From the NCBI RefSeq assembly GCF_003334255.1, contig NZ_QOWU01000007.1: a DNA stretch of 64,000 nucleotides; one strand, written 5' to 3'. A model generated the notes under the pieces. That model did no database searches and was not told where the DNA came from. It saw nothing but the letters and a program-made list of their open reading frames with translations. A program made the translations under genes and the position numbers. The DNA is from Escherichia coli (GTDB lineage: Bacteria > Pseudomonadota > Gammaproteobacteria > Enterobacterales > Enterobacteriaceae). Numbering within the stretch: position 1 is the first letter of the stretch; the number at the start of each line of letters is the position of its first letter. This document shows, in pieces, positions 21,743 to 35,932 of this stretch.

Positions 21743-21767
21743 GTTCTGTGTTCCTGTAAATTCGGTG

Positions 21768-21822
21768 TTGTCGGATGCACGACCCGTAGGCCGGATAAGG
21801 CGCTCGCGCCGCATCCGGCAGT
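21768..21822. repeat. REP element between rhaD and rhaA
   Basis: gtaggccggataaggcgctcgcgccgcatccggca. Confidence 0.75.
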
Positions 21823-21824
21823 GT

Positions 21825-24834
<3,010 letters not shown>

Positions 24835-25671
24835 ATGACCGTATTACATAGTGTGGATTTTTTTCCGTCTGGTAACGCGTCCGTGGCGATAGAACCCCGG
24901 CTCCCGCAGGCGGATTTTCCTGAACATCATCATGATTTTCATGAAATTGTGATTGTCGAACATGGCACGGGTATTCATGTGTTTAATGGGCAGCCCTATA
25001 CCATCACCGGTGGCACGGTCTGTTTCGTACGCGATCATGATCGGCATCTGTATGAACATACCGATAATCTGTGTCTGACCAATGTGCTGTATCGCTCGCC
25101 GGATCGATTTCAGTTTCTCGCCGGGCTGAATCAGTTGCTGCCACAAGAGCTGGATGGGCAGTATCCGTCTCACTGGCGCGTTAACCACAGCGTATTGCAG
25201 CAGGTGCGACAGCTGGTTGCACAGATGGAACAGCAGGAAGGGGAAAATGATTTACCCTCGACCGCCAGTCGCGAGATCTTGTTTATGCAATTACTGCTCT
25301 TGCTGCGTAAAAGCAGTTTGCAGGAGAACCTGGAAAACAGCGCATCACGTCTCAACTTGCTTCTGGCCTGGCTGGAGGACCATTTTGCCGATGAGGTGAA
25401 TTGGGATGCCGTGGCGGATCAATTTTCTCTTTCACTGCGTACGCTACATCGGCAGCTTAAGCAGCAAACGGGACTGACGCCTCAGCGATACCTGAACCGC
25501 CTGCGACTGATGAAAGCCCGACATCTGCTACGCCACAGCGAGGCCAGCGTTACTGACATCGCCTATCGCTGTGGATTCAGCGACAGTAACCACTTTTCGA
25601 CGCTTTTTCGCCGAGAGTTTAACTGGTCACCGCGTGATATTCGCCAGGGACGGGATGGCTTTCTGCAATAA
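24835..25671 (+). CDS. rhaS: AraC-family activator RhaS
   Basis: 278-aa [47 protein letters not shown]; C-terminal AraC HTH. Confidence 0.9.
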   Translation: MTVLHSVDFFPSGNASVAIEPRLPQADFPEHHHDFHEIVIVEHGTGIHVFNGQPYTITGGTVCFVRDHDRHLYEHTDNLCLTNVLYRSPDRFQFLAGLNQLLPQELDGQYPSHWRVNHSVLQQVRQLVAQMEQQEGENDLPSTASREILFMQLLLLLRKSSLQENLENSASRLNLLLAWLEDHFADEVNWDAVADQFSLSLRTLHRQLKQQTGLTPQRYLNRLRLMKARHLLRHSEASVTDIAYRCGFSDSNHFSTLFRREFNWSPRDIRQGRDGFLQ

Positions 25672-25744
25672 CGCGAATCTTCTCAACGTATTTGTACGCC
25701 ATATTGCGAATAATCAACTTCGTTCTCTGGCCGAGGTAGCCACG

Positions 25745-26593
25745 GTGGCGCATCAGTTAAAACTTCTCAAAGATGATTTTTTTGCCAGCGACCAGCAGGC
25801 AGTCGCTGTGGCTGACCGTTATCCGCAAGATGTCTTTGCTGAACATACACATGATTTTTGTGAGCTGGTGATTGTCTGGCGCGGTAATGGCCTGCATGTA
25901 CTCAACGATCGCCCTTATCGCATTACCCGTGGCGATCTCTTTTACATTCATGCTGACGATAAACACTCCTACGCTTCCGTTAACGATCTGGTTTTGCAGA
26001 ATATTATTTATTGCCCGGAGCGTCTGAAGCTGAATCTTGACTGGCAGGGGGCGATTCCGGGATTTAACGCCAGCGCAGGGCAACCACACTGGCGCTTAGG
26101 TAGCATGGGGATGGCGCAGGCGCGGCAGGTTATCGGTCAGCTTGAGCATGAAAGTAGTCAGCATGTGCCGTTTGCTAACGAAATGGCTGAGTTGCTGTTC
26201 GGGCAGTTGGTGATGTTGCTGAATCGCCATCGTTACACCAGTGATTCGTTGCCGCCAACATCCAGCGAAACGTTGCTGGATAAGCTGATTACCCGGCTGG
26301 CGGCTAGCCTGAAAAGTCCCTTTGCGCTGGATAAATTTTGTGATGAGGCATAGTGCAGTGAGCGCGTTTTGCGTCAGCAATTTCGCCAGCAGACTGGAAT
26401 GACCATCAATCAATATCTGCGACAGGTCAGAGTGTGTCATGCGCAATATCTTCTCCAGCATAGCCGCCTGTTAATCAGTGATATTTCGACCGAATGTGGC
26501 TTTGAAGATAGTAACTATTTTTCGGTGGTGTTTACCCGGGAAACCGGGATGACGCCCAGCCAGTGGCGTCATCTCAATTCGCAGAAAGATTAA
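25745..26593 (+). pseudogene. rhaR: rhaR interrupted by an in-frame TAG at 26351-26353 (codon 203 of 282); predicted product lacks most of the C-terminal AraC-type DNA-binding domain
   Basis: ORF-track ORFs 25571-26353 and 26369-26593 are in the same frame; sequence reads GAT GAG GCA TAG TGC AGT GAG CGC; recalled reference protein reads ...[14 protein letters not shown]... at this point; GTG start at 25745 (MAHQLKLL). Confidence 0.6.
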
Positions 26594-27624
26594 TTCGCCA
26601 TGCCGATGCCGACGATGTTAGCGGCGACAATAATCACCACACAACCGAGGCTCAACACCGTTACCGGACGGCGTCCTGCATTGTTCCACTCTTTCAGCAC
26701 CAGCCCGACGATACCGCCGCACAATACATAGAAACTCATATGCAGCATCCAACTGATGTAGTCATACTGCGCCGGAATGCGGGCGTGGCCCCAGGCATAG
26801 AAAAAGAATTGCAGATACCACATCAACCCGCCCAGTGTCGAGAGTAACACATTGTGAATGATCAGCGATTTTGCCAGCGAGAAGTCGGCTTTTAGCGACA
26901 AATCCTTCACTTTTGCCAGACGAATAAAACAGAAACCGAGGTTAATGATCGCGCCGCCGCCCATGATGACAACATAGCTTGGCAGAGCGACATACAGTGG
27001 ATCGACGCCAAGTGCGGCAGCGGCTTCATGCATCGGTTTTGCGGCGTTCATCGCAAAGGACATCCCGGCAGAGAAAATGCCGCACATCACCGCCAGCACC
27101 AGCCCTTTTTTCAGATTGAACTCTTCGGCTTTAATGCCCATCTTGCGCTCTTTCAACTGCCCGGCGCGAGTTACAATCCCTACGCCAATCAGCGCCACCA
27201 GAACGCCGAGCAACGTCATGCGTCCGCCTTCGGTGCTAATCAACACATCGAAATTGCCGTTGATAATTGGCGTCATCAGCGTACCGACAATCAACGTAAT
27301 GCCAATGGCGATGCCAATTCCCATCGACATGCCGAGATAACGCATGGTCAGGCCGTAGTTGATATTACCGATCCCCCACATAGCGCCGAACAGAAAAACA
27401 GGCAGTAGCGTAGAGAGACTAAACGAGCTGTAATACGCCCAGAAATTCGGTAGTAACAGGGCGCTGATGGCCCACGGCAGAATAATCCACGAAACAATCC
27501 CACCGACTGACCACATGGTTTCCCATGACCATTTTTTTACTTTTTTGAACGGAGCGTAAAAACAGGCTGCACTGGCCGCGCCGATCAAATGCCAAAATAT
27601 CCCCATCGTAATCGCGTTACTCAT
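26590..27624 (-). CDS. rhaT: L-rhamnose-proton symporter
   Basis: 344-aa polytopic membrane ORF; 4-bp convergent overlap with rhaR stop. Confidence 0.9.
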
Positions 27625-27815
27625 CTTCTTATCCTCATCATTTTTCGTCGCGTCACATCTCCGACGAGATGAGTGTAAAAATCGTGCTGTCGATTAACCT
27701 TTCGCCTGTTGCCGCCGTTGTCGATTTACTGGCAATCACGGCATTAAGTGGGTGATTTGCTTCACATCTCGGGCATTTTCCTGCAAAACCATACCCTTAC
27801 GAAAAGTACGGCATT

Positions 27816-27834
27816 GATAATCATTTTCAATATC
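27816..27834. promoter_or_regulatory. Fur box in the sodA promoter
   Basis: gataatcattttcaatatc matches the Fur consensus GATAATGATAATCATTATC family; about 75 bp upstream of sodA ATG. Confidence 0.6.
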
Positions 27835-27908
27835 ATTTAATTAACTATAATGAACCAACTGCTTACGCGGCATTAACAATCGGCCGCCCGACAATACTGG
27901 AGATGAAT

Positions 27909-28529
27909 ATGAGCTATACCCTGCCATCCCTGCCGTATGCTTACGATGCCCTGGAACCGCACTTCGATAAGCAGACCATGGAAATCCACCACACCAAACA
28001 CCATCAGACCTACGTAAACAACGCCAACGCGGCGCTGGAAAGCCTGCCAGAATTTGCCAACCTGCCGGTTGAAGAGCTGATCACCAAACTGGACCAGCTG
28101 CCAGCAGACAAGAAAACCGTACTGCGCAACAACGCTGGCGGTCACGCTAACCACAGCCTGTTCTGGAAAGGTCTGAAAAAAGGCACCACCCTGCAGGGTG
28201 ACCTGAAAGCGGCTATCGAACGTGACTTCGGCTCCGTTGATAACTTCAAAGCAGAATTTGAAAAAGCGGCAGCTTCCCGCTTTGGTTCCGGCTGGGCATG
28301 GCTGGTGCTGAAAGGCGATAAACTGGCGGTGGTTTCTACTGCTAACCAGGATTCTCCGCTGATGGGTGAAGCTATTTCTGGCGCTTCCGGCTTCCCGATT
28401 ATGGGCCTGGATGTGTGGGAACATGCTTACTACCTGAAATTCCAGAACCGCCGTCCGGACTACATTAAAGAGTTCTGGAACGTGGTGAACTGGGACGAAG
28501 CAGCGGCACGTTTTGCGGCGAAAAAATAA
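27909..28529 (+). CDS. sodA: manganese superoxide dismutase
   Basis: [40 protein letters not shown]...; full match to recalled SodA. Confidence 0.95.
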   Translation: MSYTLPSLPYAYDALEPHFDKQTMEIHHTKHHQTYVNNANAALESLPEFANLPVEELITKLDQLPADKKTVLRNNAGGHANHSLFWKGLKKGTTLQGDLKAAIERDFGSVDNFKAEFEKAAASRFGSGWAWLVLKGDKLAVVSTANQDSPLMGEAISGASGFPIMGLDVWEHAYYLKFQNRRPDYIKEFWNVVNWDEAAARFAAKK

Positions 28530-28583
28530 TCATTTGCCGCCTGCTGCAATGAGGCGTATAGGCCGCATATCAGCTTAAAAAAT

Positions 28584-28613
28584 GAACCATCGCCAACGGC
28601 GGTGGTTTTTTTG
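28584..28613 (+). terminator. sodA rho-independent terminator
   Basis: Hairpin aaccatcgcc-aacg-gcggtggtt followed by TTTTTTT. Confidence 0.7.
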
Positions 28614-28648
28614 TGATCAATTTCAAAATAAAAACAATGATCCGATAA

Positions 28649-28669
28649 AAATAAAACAGCGTTTCAATT
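28649..28669. promoter_or_regulatory. probable KdgR operator upstream of kdgT
   Basis: aaataaaacagcgtttcaatt resembles the KdgR site (AAATGAAACA..TGTTTCATTT). Confidence 0.45.
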
Positions 28670-28788
28670 GATGTGGTTTTGATCACTTTTATTGATTAAA
28701 TGAATGTCTATCTTCGTTTCCATCAACACTGATGCTCCATTGAGGAATTACGCATCAGCCCTTAAAAATATGCCGACAGGTGATGGAA

Positions 28789-29772
28789 ATGCAGATAAAA
28801 CGCTCGATTGAGAAAATCCCGGGGGGGATGATGCTCGTCCCGCTATTCCTTGGCGCACTGTGCCACACCTTCTCGCCGGGGGCGGGGAAATATTTTGGAT
28901 CATTCACCAACGGGATGATTACCGGTACGGTGCCCATTCTGGCGGTGTGGTTTTTTTGCATGGGGGCGTCAATAAAATTAAGCGCGACGGGAACGGTACT
29001 GCGTAAATCCGGTACGCTGGTGGTAACTAAAATTGCCGTCGCGTGGGTGGTTGCGGCAATTGCCTCGCGTATTATTCCGGAACATGGTGTTGAAGTTGGA
29101 TTCTTTGCCGGACTTTCAACGCTGGCGCTGGTGGCGGCGATGGATATGACCAATGGCGGACTTTACGCTTCCATCATGCAGCAGTACGGCACAAAAGAAG
29201 AAGCTGGGGCATTTGTGTTGATGTCGTTGGAGTCCGGGCCGCTCATGACGATGATTATTCTGGGCACTGCCGGGATTGCCTCGTTTGAACCGCATGTTTT
29301 CGTCGGCGCAGTATTACCGTTCCTGGTGGGCTTTGCCCTGGGGAACCTTGACCCTGAATTGCGAGAATTTTTCAGCAAAGCGGTGCAAACGCTGATTCCA
29401 TTCTTTGCCTTCGCGCTGGGCAATACCATTGATTTGACTGTGATTGCCCAGACTGGTTTGCTGGGGATCCTGTTGGGTGTGGCAGTAATTATCGTGACCG
29501 GTATTCCGTTGATTATCGCCGATAAATTGATTGGCGGTGGCGATGGCACTGCCGGAATTGCCGCTTCCAGTTCCGCAGGGGCCGCGGTAGCGACACCTGT
29601 GCTGATTGCAGAAATGGTGCCTGCGTTTAAACCGATGGCTCCGGCAGCAACTTCGCTGGTAGCGACGGCGGTCATTGTGACTTCGATTCTGGTGCCAATT
29701 CTTACCTCTATCTGGTCACGTAAAGTCAAAGCCAGAGCAGCGAAAATCGAAATTTTAGGTACGGTGAAATAA
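28789..29772 (+). CDS. kdgT: 2-keto-3-deoxygluconate permease
   Basis: ORF-track ORF 28780-29772; start placed at [20 protein letters not shown]; polytopic membrane protein. Confidence 0.85.
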
Positions 29773-29920
29773 ACCTGCTTCCTTAATCCCCACAGCCGGA
29801 TGAACTAACGTTCGTCCGGTTTGCTATTGAGTTCCTGCCTGGATACTTACCGCGAAAACAGCACGCCTGACATAAAATAAATATGGTCTAATGGGGAAAT
29901 TTCTCGTGGAGAGGGAACAG

Positions 29921-30595
29921 ATGCGATATCCGGTTGATGTATACACAGGCAAGATTCAGGCTTATCCCGAAGGCAAACCCAGCGCAATTGCTAAAATCCA
30001 GGTTGATGGTGAGTTGATGCTGACGGAGCTGGGGCTGGAAGGTGACGAGCAGGCGGAGAAAAAGGTTCACGGCGGGCCAGACAGAGCGCTGTGTCATTAT
30101 CCTCGTGAGCATTATCTCTACTGGGCGCGGGAATTTCCGGAACAGGCGGAGTTGTTTGTTGCGCCTGCGTTTGGTGAAAACCTCTCAACCGACGGCCTGA
30201 CGGAAAGTAATGTTTATATGGGCGATATTTTCCGCTGGGGAGAGGCATTAATTCAGGTCAGCCAGCCGCGCTCGCCTTGCTATAAACTCAATTACCATTT
30301 TGATATCAGCGATATAGCGCAGTTGATGCAAAACACAGGTAAGGTGGGGTGGTTGTATAGCGTGATAGCGCCAGGGAAAGTGTCTGCGGACGCGCCGCTG
30401 GAGTTGGTTTCCCGTGTCAGCGATGTGACCGTGCAGGAGGCTGCCGCCATCGCATGGCATATGCCGTTTGATGACGATCAATATCACCGTTTACTCTCCG
30501 CTGCCGGGTTATCGAAAAGCTGGACGCGGACGATGCAAAAGCGCCGACTGAGCGGCAAGATCGAAGATTTTTCCCGCCGGTTGTGGGGAAAATAA
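29921..30595 (+). CDS. yiiM: MOSC-domain protein YiiM
   Basis: ORF-track ORF 29891-30595; start placed at MRYPVDVYTGKIQ. Confidence 0.8.
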   Translation: MRYPVDVYTGKIQAYPEGKPSAIAKIQVDGELMLTELGLEGDEQAEKKVHGGPDRALCHYPREHYLYWAREFPEQAELFVAPAFGENLSTDGLTESNVYMGDIFRWGEALIQVSQPRSPCYKLNYHFDISDIAQLMQNTGKVGWLYSVIAPGKVSADAPLELVSRVSDVTVQEAAAIAWHMPFDDDQYHRLLSAAGLSKSWTRTMQKRRLSGKIEDFSRRLWGK

Positions 30596-30605
30596 CCCCC
30601 GGAGT

Positions 30606-30692
30606 GTAGGCCTGATAAGACGCTATCAGCGTCGCATCAGGCATCCTGCTCAAATGCCGGATGCGGCGTAAACGCCTTATCCTGCCTGCAAA
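30606..30692. repeat. REP/BIME element between yiiM and cpxA
   Basis: gtaggcctgataagacgctatcagcgtcgcatcaggca ... gccggatgcggcgtaaacgccttatcctgcctgc. Confidence 0.8.
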
Positions 30693-30700
30693 TGCGAAGT

Positions 30701-32074
30701 TTAACTCCGCTTATACAGCGGCAACCAAATCACCAGCCGTAAACCGCCCAGCGGGCTGTCTTCTGCCTTCACCCAGCCACGATGCTGCTGAATGGCGGTT
30801 TCAACAATCGCCAGCCCCAAACCTGTACCGCCAGATTCACGATCGCGTGCTTCATCGGTACGATAGAACGGACGGAAAATCTGTTCGCGATCTTCCGGGC
30901 TAACGCCAGGACCATCGTCGTCCACCGTAATGGTGATACCGTCTTTATCTACCGCAAAGCCCACTTCAATCTTCGTATGGGAATAACGCAGAGCATTACG
31001 AACAATGTTTTCCAGCGCACTTTCCAGGGCGTTCGGATTGCCGTACAGCGGCCACGGCCCAGGCGGGAAGTTAACTGTCAACGACTTGCCCATTTGCTCG
31101 GCTTCGAACGCCGCGTTATCCAGCACTTCACTCCACAACTGGTTGGCTTTGATGGTTTCGCTAACCAGCGCGTTTTTTTGCTGATTACGTGACATCACCA
31201 ACAGATCGTTGATCATGCTGTCCAGACGTTGCGCTTCGGTTTCAATACGCTCCAGTTCCTTGCTTTCACCGCTACGACGGCGCAGTAACGCCGTACCCAG
31301 TTGCAGACGCGTCAGCGGGGTGCGCAGCTCGTGAGAGATATCAGAAAGCAGACGCTGCTGAGAGGTCATCATGCGCTCCAGCGCGGTGACCATCTGGTTA
31401 AAACTGGCACCTGCGGCAAGGAATTCCTGTGGCCCCGCTTCCAGTTCCGGGTGCTGGCGTAAGTTTCCCTGGGCAACTTCATCGGCAGCGTTTTTCAGCT
31501 TACGCGCCGGTTTTGCCAGACTCCAGGCCAACCACAACAGCAGCGGCGTACTGACCAACATGGTGACAATCAGCAGTAATAGCGGGCGGTCAAACAGTAA
31601 GTTAATGAAATCGGATTGAGAACTGCTGGCCGGACGAATCAGATAAAGTTGGTAATTATCTTCGCCATCACGCACGGAGAACGGACCGACCAGTTCCACG
31701 CGGCCATACTTTTTCTTCTGCGGATGATCGGCGTTATCGGCCTGACCAATAAAGTTACGAATGATCTGCATTTCGCTGCGTTCAGCGCCGATCACGCGGC
31801 CTTCGGTGGTCACCAATAACAAACGCTGTCCTGGCGGTGCCCACTTATCAATCGCCCGGAACAGACGCCGCCACCACATTAAATCGTTGGGCGGATCGTT
31901 CGCCAGCTCCGCTTCGACATGCTGCTCAATCATCAGCCCCTGACGCTGTTCGCTATCCAGAAGCTCGGTCATCTGGCGTGAATCGAGCTTGGGTAACATC
32001 AAAACCAACATCAACACCAGCGCCAGCGTCAGCCAGAAGATGGCGAAGATGCGCGCGGTTAAGCTGCCTATCAT
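30701..32074 (-). CDS. cpxA: envelope stress sensor histidine kinase CpxA
   Basis: 457-aa ORF with HAMP, H-box (SHELRTPLTRL) and ATPase motifs. Confidence 0.95.
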   Translation of the reverse strand: MIGSLTARIFAIFWLTLALVLMLVLMLPKLDSRQMTELLDSEQRQGLMIEQHVEAELANDPPNDLMWWRRLFRAIDKWAPPGQRLLLVTTEGRVIGAERSEMQIIRNFIGQADNADHPQKKKYGRVELVGPFSVRDGEDNYQLYLIRPASSSQSDFINLLFDRPLLLLIVTMLVSTPLLLWLAWSLAKPARKLKNAADEVAQGNLRQHPELEAGPQEFLAAGASFNQMVTALERMMTSQQRLLSDISHELRTPLTRLQLGTALLRRRSGESKELERIETEAQRLDSMINDLLVMSRNQQKNALVSETIKANQLWSEVLDNAAFEAEQMGKSLTVNFPPGPWPLYGNPNALESALENIVRNALRYSHTKIEVGFAVDKDGITITVDDDGPGVSPEDREQIFRPFYRTDEARDRESGGTGLGLAIVETAIQQHRGWVKAEDSPLGGLRLVIWLPLYKRS

Positions 32075-32769
32075 GAAGCAGAAACCATCAGATAGCCGCG
32101 ACCACGCAAGGTTTTAAACCACGGGTGACCATCTTTACGATCCGGCAGTTTACGACGCAGGTTGGAAATGTGCATATCAATAGCGCGGTCGAAAGGCGTC
32201 AGGCGTTTGCCCAACACTTCCTGGCTTAAATGTTCACGGGAAACCACCTGACCCAGATGCTGTGCCAGCAAATAGAGCAGGGTAAACTCAGTACCGGTTA
32301 ACTCCAGCGTTTGCCCGTCGAAGCTGGCTTCCTGACGGCCTGGATTCAGCACTAAGGCATCAACTTCCAGTGTCGGTGAACCGTTGTCGTTGTTTTGCTG
32401 TTGCTCGCTCCAGTGCGAACGGCGCAGGATCGCGCGAATACGTGCCACCAGCTCACGATCATTAAACGGTTTCGGGAGATAGTCATCTGCGCCCAGCTCA
32501 AGGCCGAGAACGCGATCAAGTTCACTGCCGCGCGCCGTCAACATAATGACAGGCGTCTGGTGTGTCTGGCGAAGTGCTTTTAATGTGTCGATACCATTTT
32601 TCTTCGGCATCATTACGTCAAGCAAAAGTAAATCAATGCTGTCGTCCAGAAGATCAAGCGCCTGTTCCCCATCGTGGGCAACAATCACGTTGAAGCCTTC
32701 CATCTCGAGCAGCTCCTTTAATAGGGAAGTCAGCTCTCGGTCATCATCAACTAACAGGATTTTATTCAT
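32071..32769 (-). CDS. cpxR: envelope stress response regulator CpxR
   Basis: MNKILLVDDDRELTSLLKELLEMEGFNVIVAHDGEQ; OmpR-family; overlaps cpxA start. Confidence 0.95.
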   Translation of the reverse strand: MNKILLVDDDRELTSLLKELLEMEGFNVIVAHDGEQALDLLDDSIDLLLLDVMMPKKNGIDTLKALRQTHQTPVIMLTARGSELDRVLGLELGADDYLPKPFNDRELVARIRAILRRSHWSEQQQNNDNGSPTLEVDALVLNPGRQEASFDGQTLELTGTEFTLLYLLAQHLGQVVSREHLSQEVLGKRLTPFDRAIDMHISNLRRKLPDRKDGHPWFKTLRGRGYLMVSAS

Positions 32770-32824
32770 TGTTTAAATACCTCCGAGGCAGAAATTACGT
32801 CATCAGACGTCGCTAATCCATGAC

Positions 32825-32839
32825 TTTACGTTGTTTTAC
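32825..32839. promoter_or_regulatory. CpxR box (GTAAA-N5-GTAAA) in the cpxP/cpxRA divergent region
   Basis: tttacgttgttttac, reverse complement GTAAAACAACGTAAA. Confidence 0.65.
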
Positions 32840-32918
32840 ACCCCCTGACGCATGTTTGCAGCCTGAATCGTAAACTCTCTATCGTTGAATCGCGACAGAA
32901 AGATTTTGGGAGCAAATG

Positions 32919-33419
32919 ATGCGCATAGTTACCGCTGCCGTCATGGCCTCAACGCTGGCAGTCAGTTCATTAAGCCACGCTGCTGAAGTCGGTTCAGGCG
33001 ATAACTGGCATCCGGGTGAAGAACTTACGCAGCGCAGTACGCAGAGCCATATGTTCGACGGCATAAGTTTAACCGAACATCAGCGTCAGCAGATGCGAGA
33101 TCTTATGCAACAGGCCCGGCACGAACAGCCTCCTGTTAATGTTAGCGAACTGGAGACAATGCATCGCCTTGTCACCGCAGAAAATTTTGATGAAAACGCT
33201 GTGCGCGCACAGGCAGAAAAAATGGCGAATGAGCAAATTGCTCGTCAGGTTGAGATGGCAAAAGTCCGCAACCAAATGTATCGCCTGTTAACGCCGGAGC
33301 AGCAAGCGGTTTTAAACGAGAAACATCAACAACGAATGGAGCAGTTGCGTGACGTGACGCAATGGCAAAAAAGTTCATCGTTGAAGCTATTGAGTAGTAG
33401 CAACTCACGTTCCCAGTAG
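32919..33419 (+). CDS. cpxP: periplasmic Cpx pathway inhibitor/adaptor CpxP
   Basis: [24 protein letters not shown] signal peptide; two LTxxQ motifs ([18 protein letters not shown]). Confidence 0.9.
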
Positions 33420-33428
33420 TAAACCCTG

Positions 33429-33486
33429 TTTTCCTTGCCATAGACACCATCCCTGTCTTCCCCCACATGCTGTGGGGGTTTTTTTT
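33429..33486 (+). ncRNA. cpxQ: CpxQ sRNA (processed from the cpxP 3' UTR)
   Basis: Region between cpxP stop and its terminator contains the conserved CCUUGCCAUAGACACCAUCCCUGUC block and the terminator hairpin, as recalled for CpxQ. Confidence 0.5.
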
Positions 33487-33487
33487 A
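33458..33487 (+). terminator. cpxP rho-independent terminator
   Basis: cccccacatgctgtggggg hairpin followed by TTTTTTTT. Confidence 0.85.
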
Positions 33488-33567
33488 TCCTCAATTTGCC
33501 TGCTGCTTAATGCATTGCAGATGATTTGCTTCCGTTATACTAGCGTCAGTTGATAGCGGGAGTATTT

Positions 33568-34470
33568 ATGAATCAATCTTATGGACGGCTGGTCAGTCGG
33601 GCGGCGATTGCTGCGACGGCGATGGCTTCGCTGCTATTGCTGATTAAAATTTTTGCATGGTGGTATACCGGGTCGGTGAGTATTCTCGCCGCGCTGGTGG
33701 ATTCGCTGGTGGATATCGGCGCGTCGTTGACGAATTTATTGGTGGTGCGATATTCCCTGCAACCTGCCGACGATAATCACTCGTTTGGTCACGGTAAAGC
33801 TGAGTCCCTCGCGGCGCTGGCGCAAAGTATGTTTATCTCCGGTTCGGCACTATTCCTGTTTTTGACGGGTATTCAACATCTGATATCTCCAACACCGATG
33901 ACAGATCCAGGCGTCGGGGTTATCGTGACAATTGTGGCGCTAATTTGTACGATTATCCTTGTCTCGTTTCAGCGTTGGGTGGTGCGGCGGACGCAAAGCC
34001 AGGCGGTGCGGGCTGATATGCTACATTACCAGTCTGATGTTATGATGAACGGCGCAATTCTGCTGGCGCTGGGGTTGTCCTGGTACGGCTGGCATCGCGC
34101 CGATGCTCTGTTTGCATTGGGAATCGGCATCTATATTTTATATAGCGCGTTACGCATGGGATATGAGGCGGTACAGTCATTACTGGATCGCGCATTGCCT
34201 GATGAGGAACGGCAAGAAATTATTGATATCGTGACTTCCTGGCCGGGTGTTAGCGGCGCTCACGATCTTCGCACGCGGCAGTCAGGGCCGACCCGCTTTA
34301 TTCAGATTCATTTGGAAATGGAAGACTCTCTGCCTTTGGTTCAGGCACATATGGTGGCGGATCAGGTAGAGCAGGCTATTTTACGGCGTTTTCCGGGATC
34401 GGATGTAATTATCCATCAGGACCCCTGTTCCGTCGTACCCAGGGAGGGTAAACGGTCTATGCTTTCATAA
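33568..34470 (+). CDS. fieF: cation diffusion facilitator (Fe/Zn efflux) FieF
   Basis: ORF-track ORF 33550-34470; start placed at [24 protein letters not shown] (300 aa). Confidence 0.9.
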
Positions 34471-34650
34471 TCAGTATAAAAGAGAGCCAGACCCGCATTT
34501 TGTGTATAAAATACCGCCATTTGGCCTGACCTGAATCAATTCAGCAGGAAGTGATTGTTATACTATTTGCACATTCGTTGGATCACTTCGATGTGCAAGA
34601 AGACTTCCGGCAACAGATTTCATTTTGCATTCCAAAGTTCAGAGGTAGTC

Positions 34651-35613
34651 ATGATTAAGAAAATCGGTGTGTTGACAAGCGGCGGTGATGCGCCAGGCAT
34701 GAACGCCGCAATTCGCGGGGTTGTTCGTTCTGCGCTGACAGAAGGTCTGGAAGTAATGGGTATTTATGACGGCTATCTGGGTCTGTATGAAGACCGTATG
34801 GTACAGCTAGACCGTTACAGCGTGTCTGACATGATCAACCGTGGCGGTACGTTCCTCGGTTCTGCGCGTTTCCCGGAATTCCGCGACGAGAACATCCGCG
34901 CCGTGGCTATCGAAAACCTGAAAAAACGTGGTATCGACGCGCTGGTGGTTATCGGCGGTGACGGTTCCTACATGGGTGCAATGCGTCTGACCGAAATGGG
35001 CTTCCCGTGCATCGGTCTGCCGGGCACTATCGACAACGACATCAAAGGCACTGACTACACTATCGGTTTCTTCACTGCGCTGAGCACCGTTGTAGAAGCG
35101 ATCGACCGTCTGCGTGACACCTCTTCTTCTCACCAGCGTATTTCCGTGGTGGAAGTGATGGGCCGTTATTGTGGAGATCTGACGTTGGCTGCGGCCATTG
35201 CCGGTGGCTGTGAATTCGTTGTGGTTCCGGAAGTTGAATTCAGCCGTGAAGACCTGGTAAACGAAATCAAAGCGGGTATCGCGAAAGGTAAAAAACACGC
35301 GATCGTGGCGATTACCGAACATATGTGTGATGTTGACGAACTGGCGCATTTCATCGAGAAAGAAACCGGTCGTGAAACCCGCGCAACTGTGCTGGGCCAC
35401 ATCCAGCGCGGTGGTTCTCCGGTGCCTTACGACCGTATTCTGGCTTCCCGTATGGGCGCTTACGCTATCGATCTGCTGCTGGCAGGTTACGGCGGTCGTT
35501 GTGTAGGTATCCAGAACGAACAGCTGGTTCACCACGACATCATCGACGCTATCGAAAACATGAAGCGTCCGTTCAAAGGTGACTGGCTGGACTGCGCGAA
35601 AAAACTGTATTAA
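34651..35613 (+). CDS. pfkA: 6-phosphofructokinase I
   Basis: ORF-track ORF 34555-35613; start placed at [26 protein letters not shown] (320 aa). Confidence 0.95.
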
Positions 35614-35667
35614 TGATTTCGGAAAAAGGCAGATTCCTTTACCCTGAAACCGATGACAGAAGCAAAA

Positions 35668-35770
35668 ATGCCTGATGCGCTTCGCTTATCAGGCCTACAT
35701 GAATTCTGCAATTTATTGAATTTGCAAACTTTTGTAGGCCGGATAAGGCGTTCGCGCCGCATCCGGCATG
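35668..35770. repeat. REP/BIME element between pfkA and sbp
   Basis: gcctgatgcgcttcgcttatcaggcctac ... gtaggccggataaggcgttcgcgccgcatccggca. Confidence 0.8.
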
Positions 35771-35932
35771 GACAAAGCGCACTTTGTCAGCAATATGAGG
35801 CGGATTTCTTCCGCCTTTTTAATCCCTCAACATATACCCGCAAGTTATAGCCAATCTTTTTTTATTCTTTAATGTTTGGTTAACCTTCTGGCACGCTTTG
35901 CTCATCACAACACAACATAAGAGAGTCGGGCG

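Noticed and set aside
25571-25744. Upstream-extended rhaR ORF overlapping the end of rhaS by about 100 bp
   Set aside because: This is read-through of the frame upstream of the real GTG start at 25745 (MAHQLKLL); the overlap with rhaS is an ORF-calling artefact.
34555-34650. N-terminal extensions of ORF-track ORFs beyond the known protein starts (pfkA, metB, metJ, glpX, glpK, cdh, priA, rhaD, fieF)
   Set aside because: The ORF track extends to the most upstream in-frame start; the remembered protein N-termini and upstream Shine-Dalgarno positions indicate the shorter genes. Not evidence of novel N-terminal domains.
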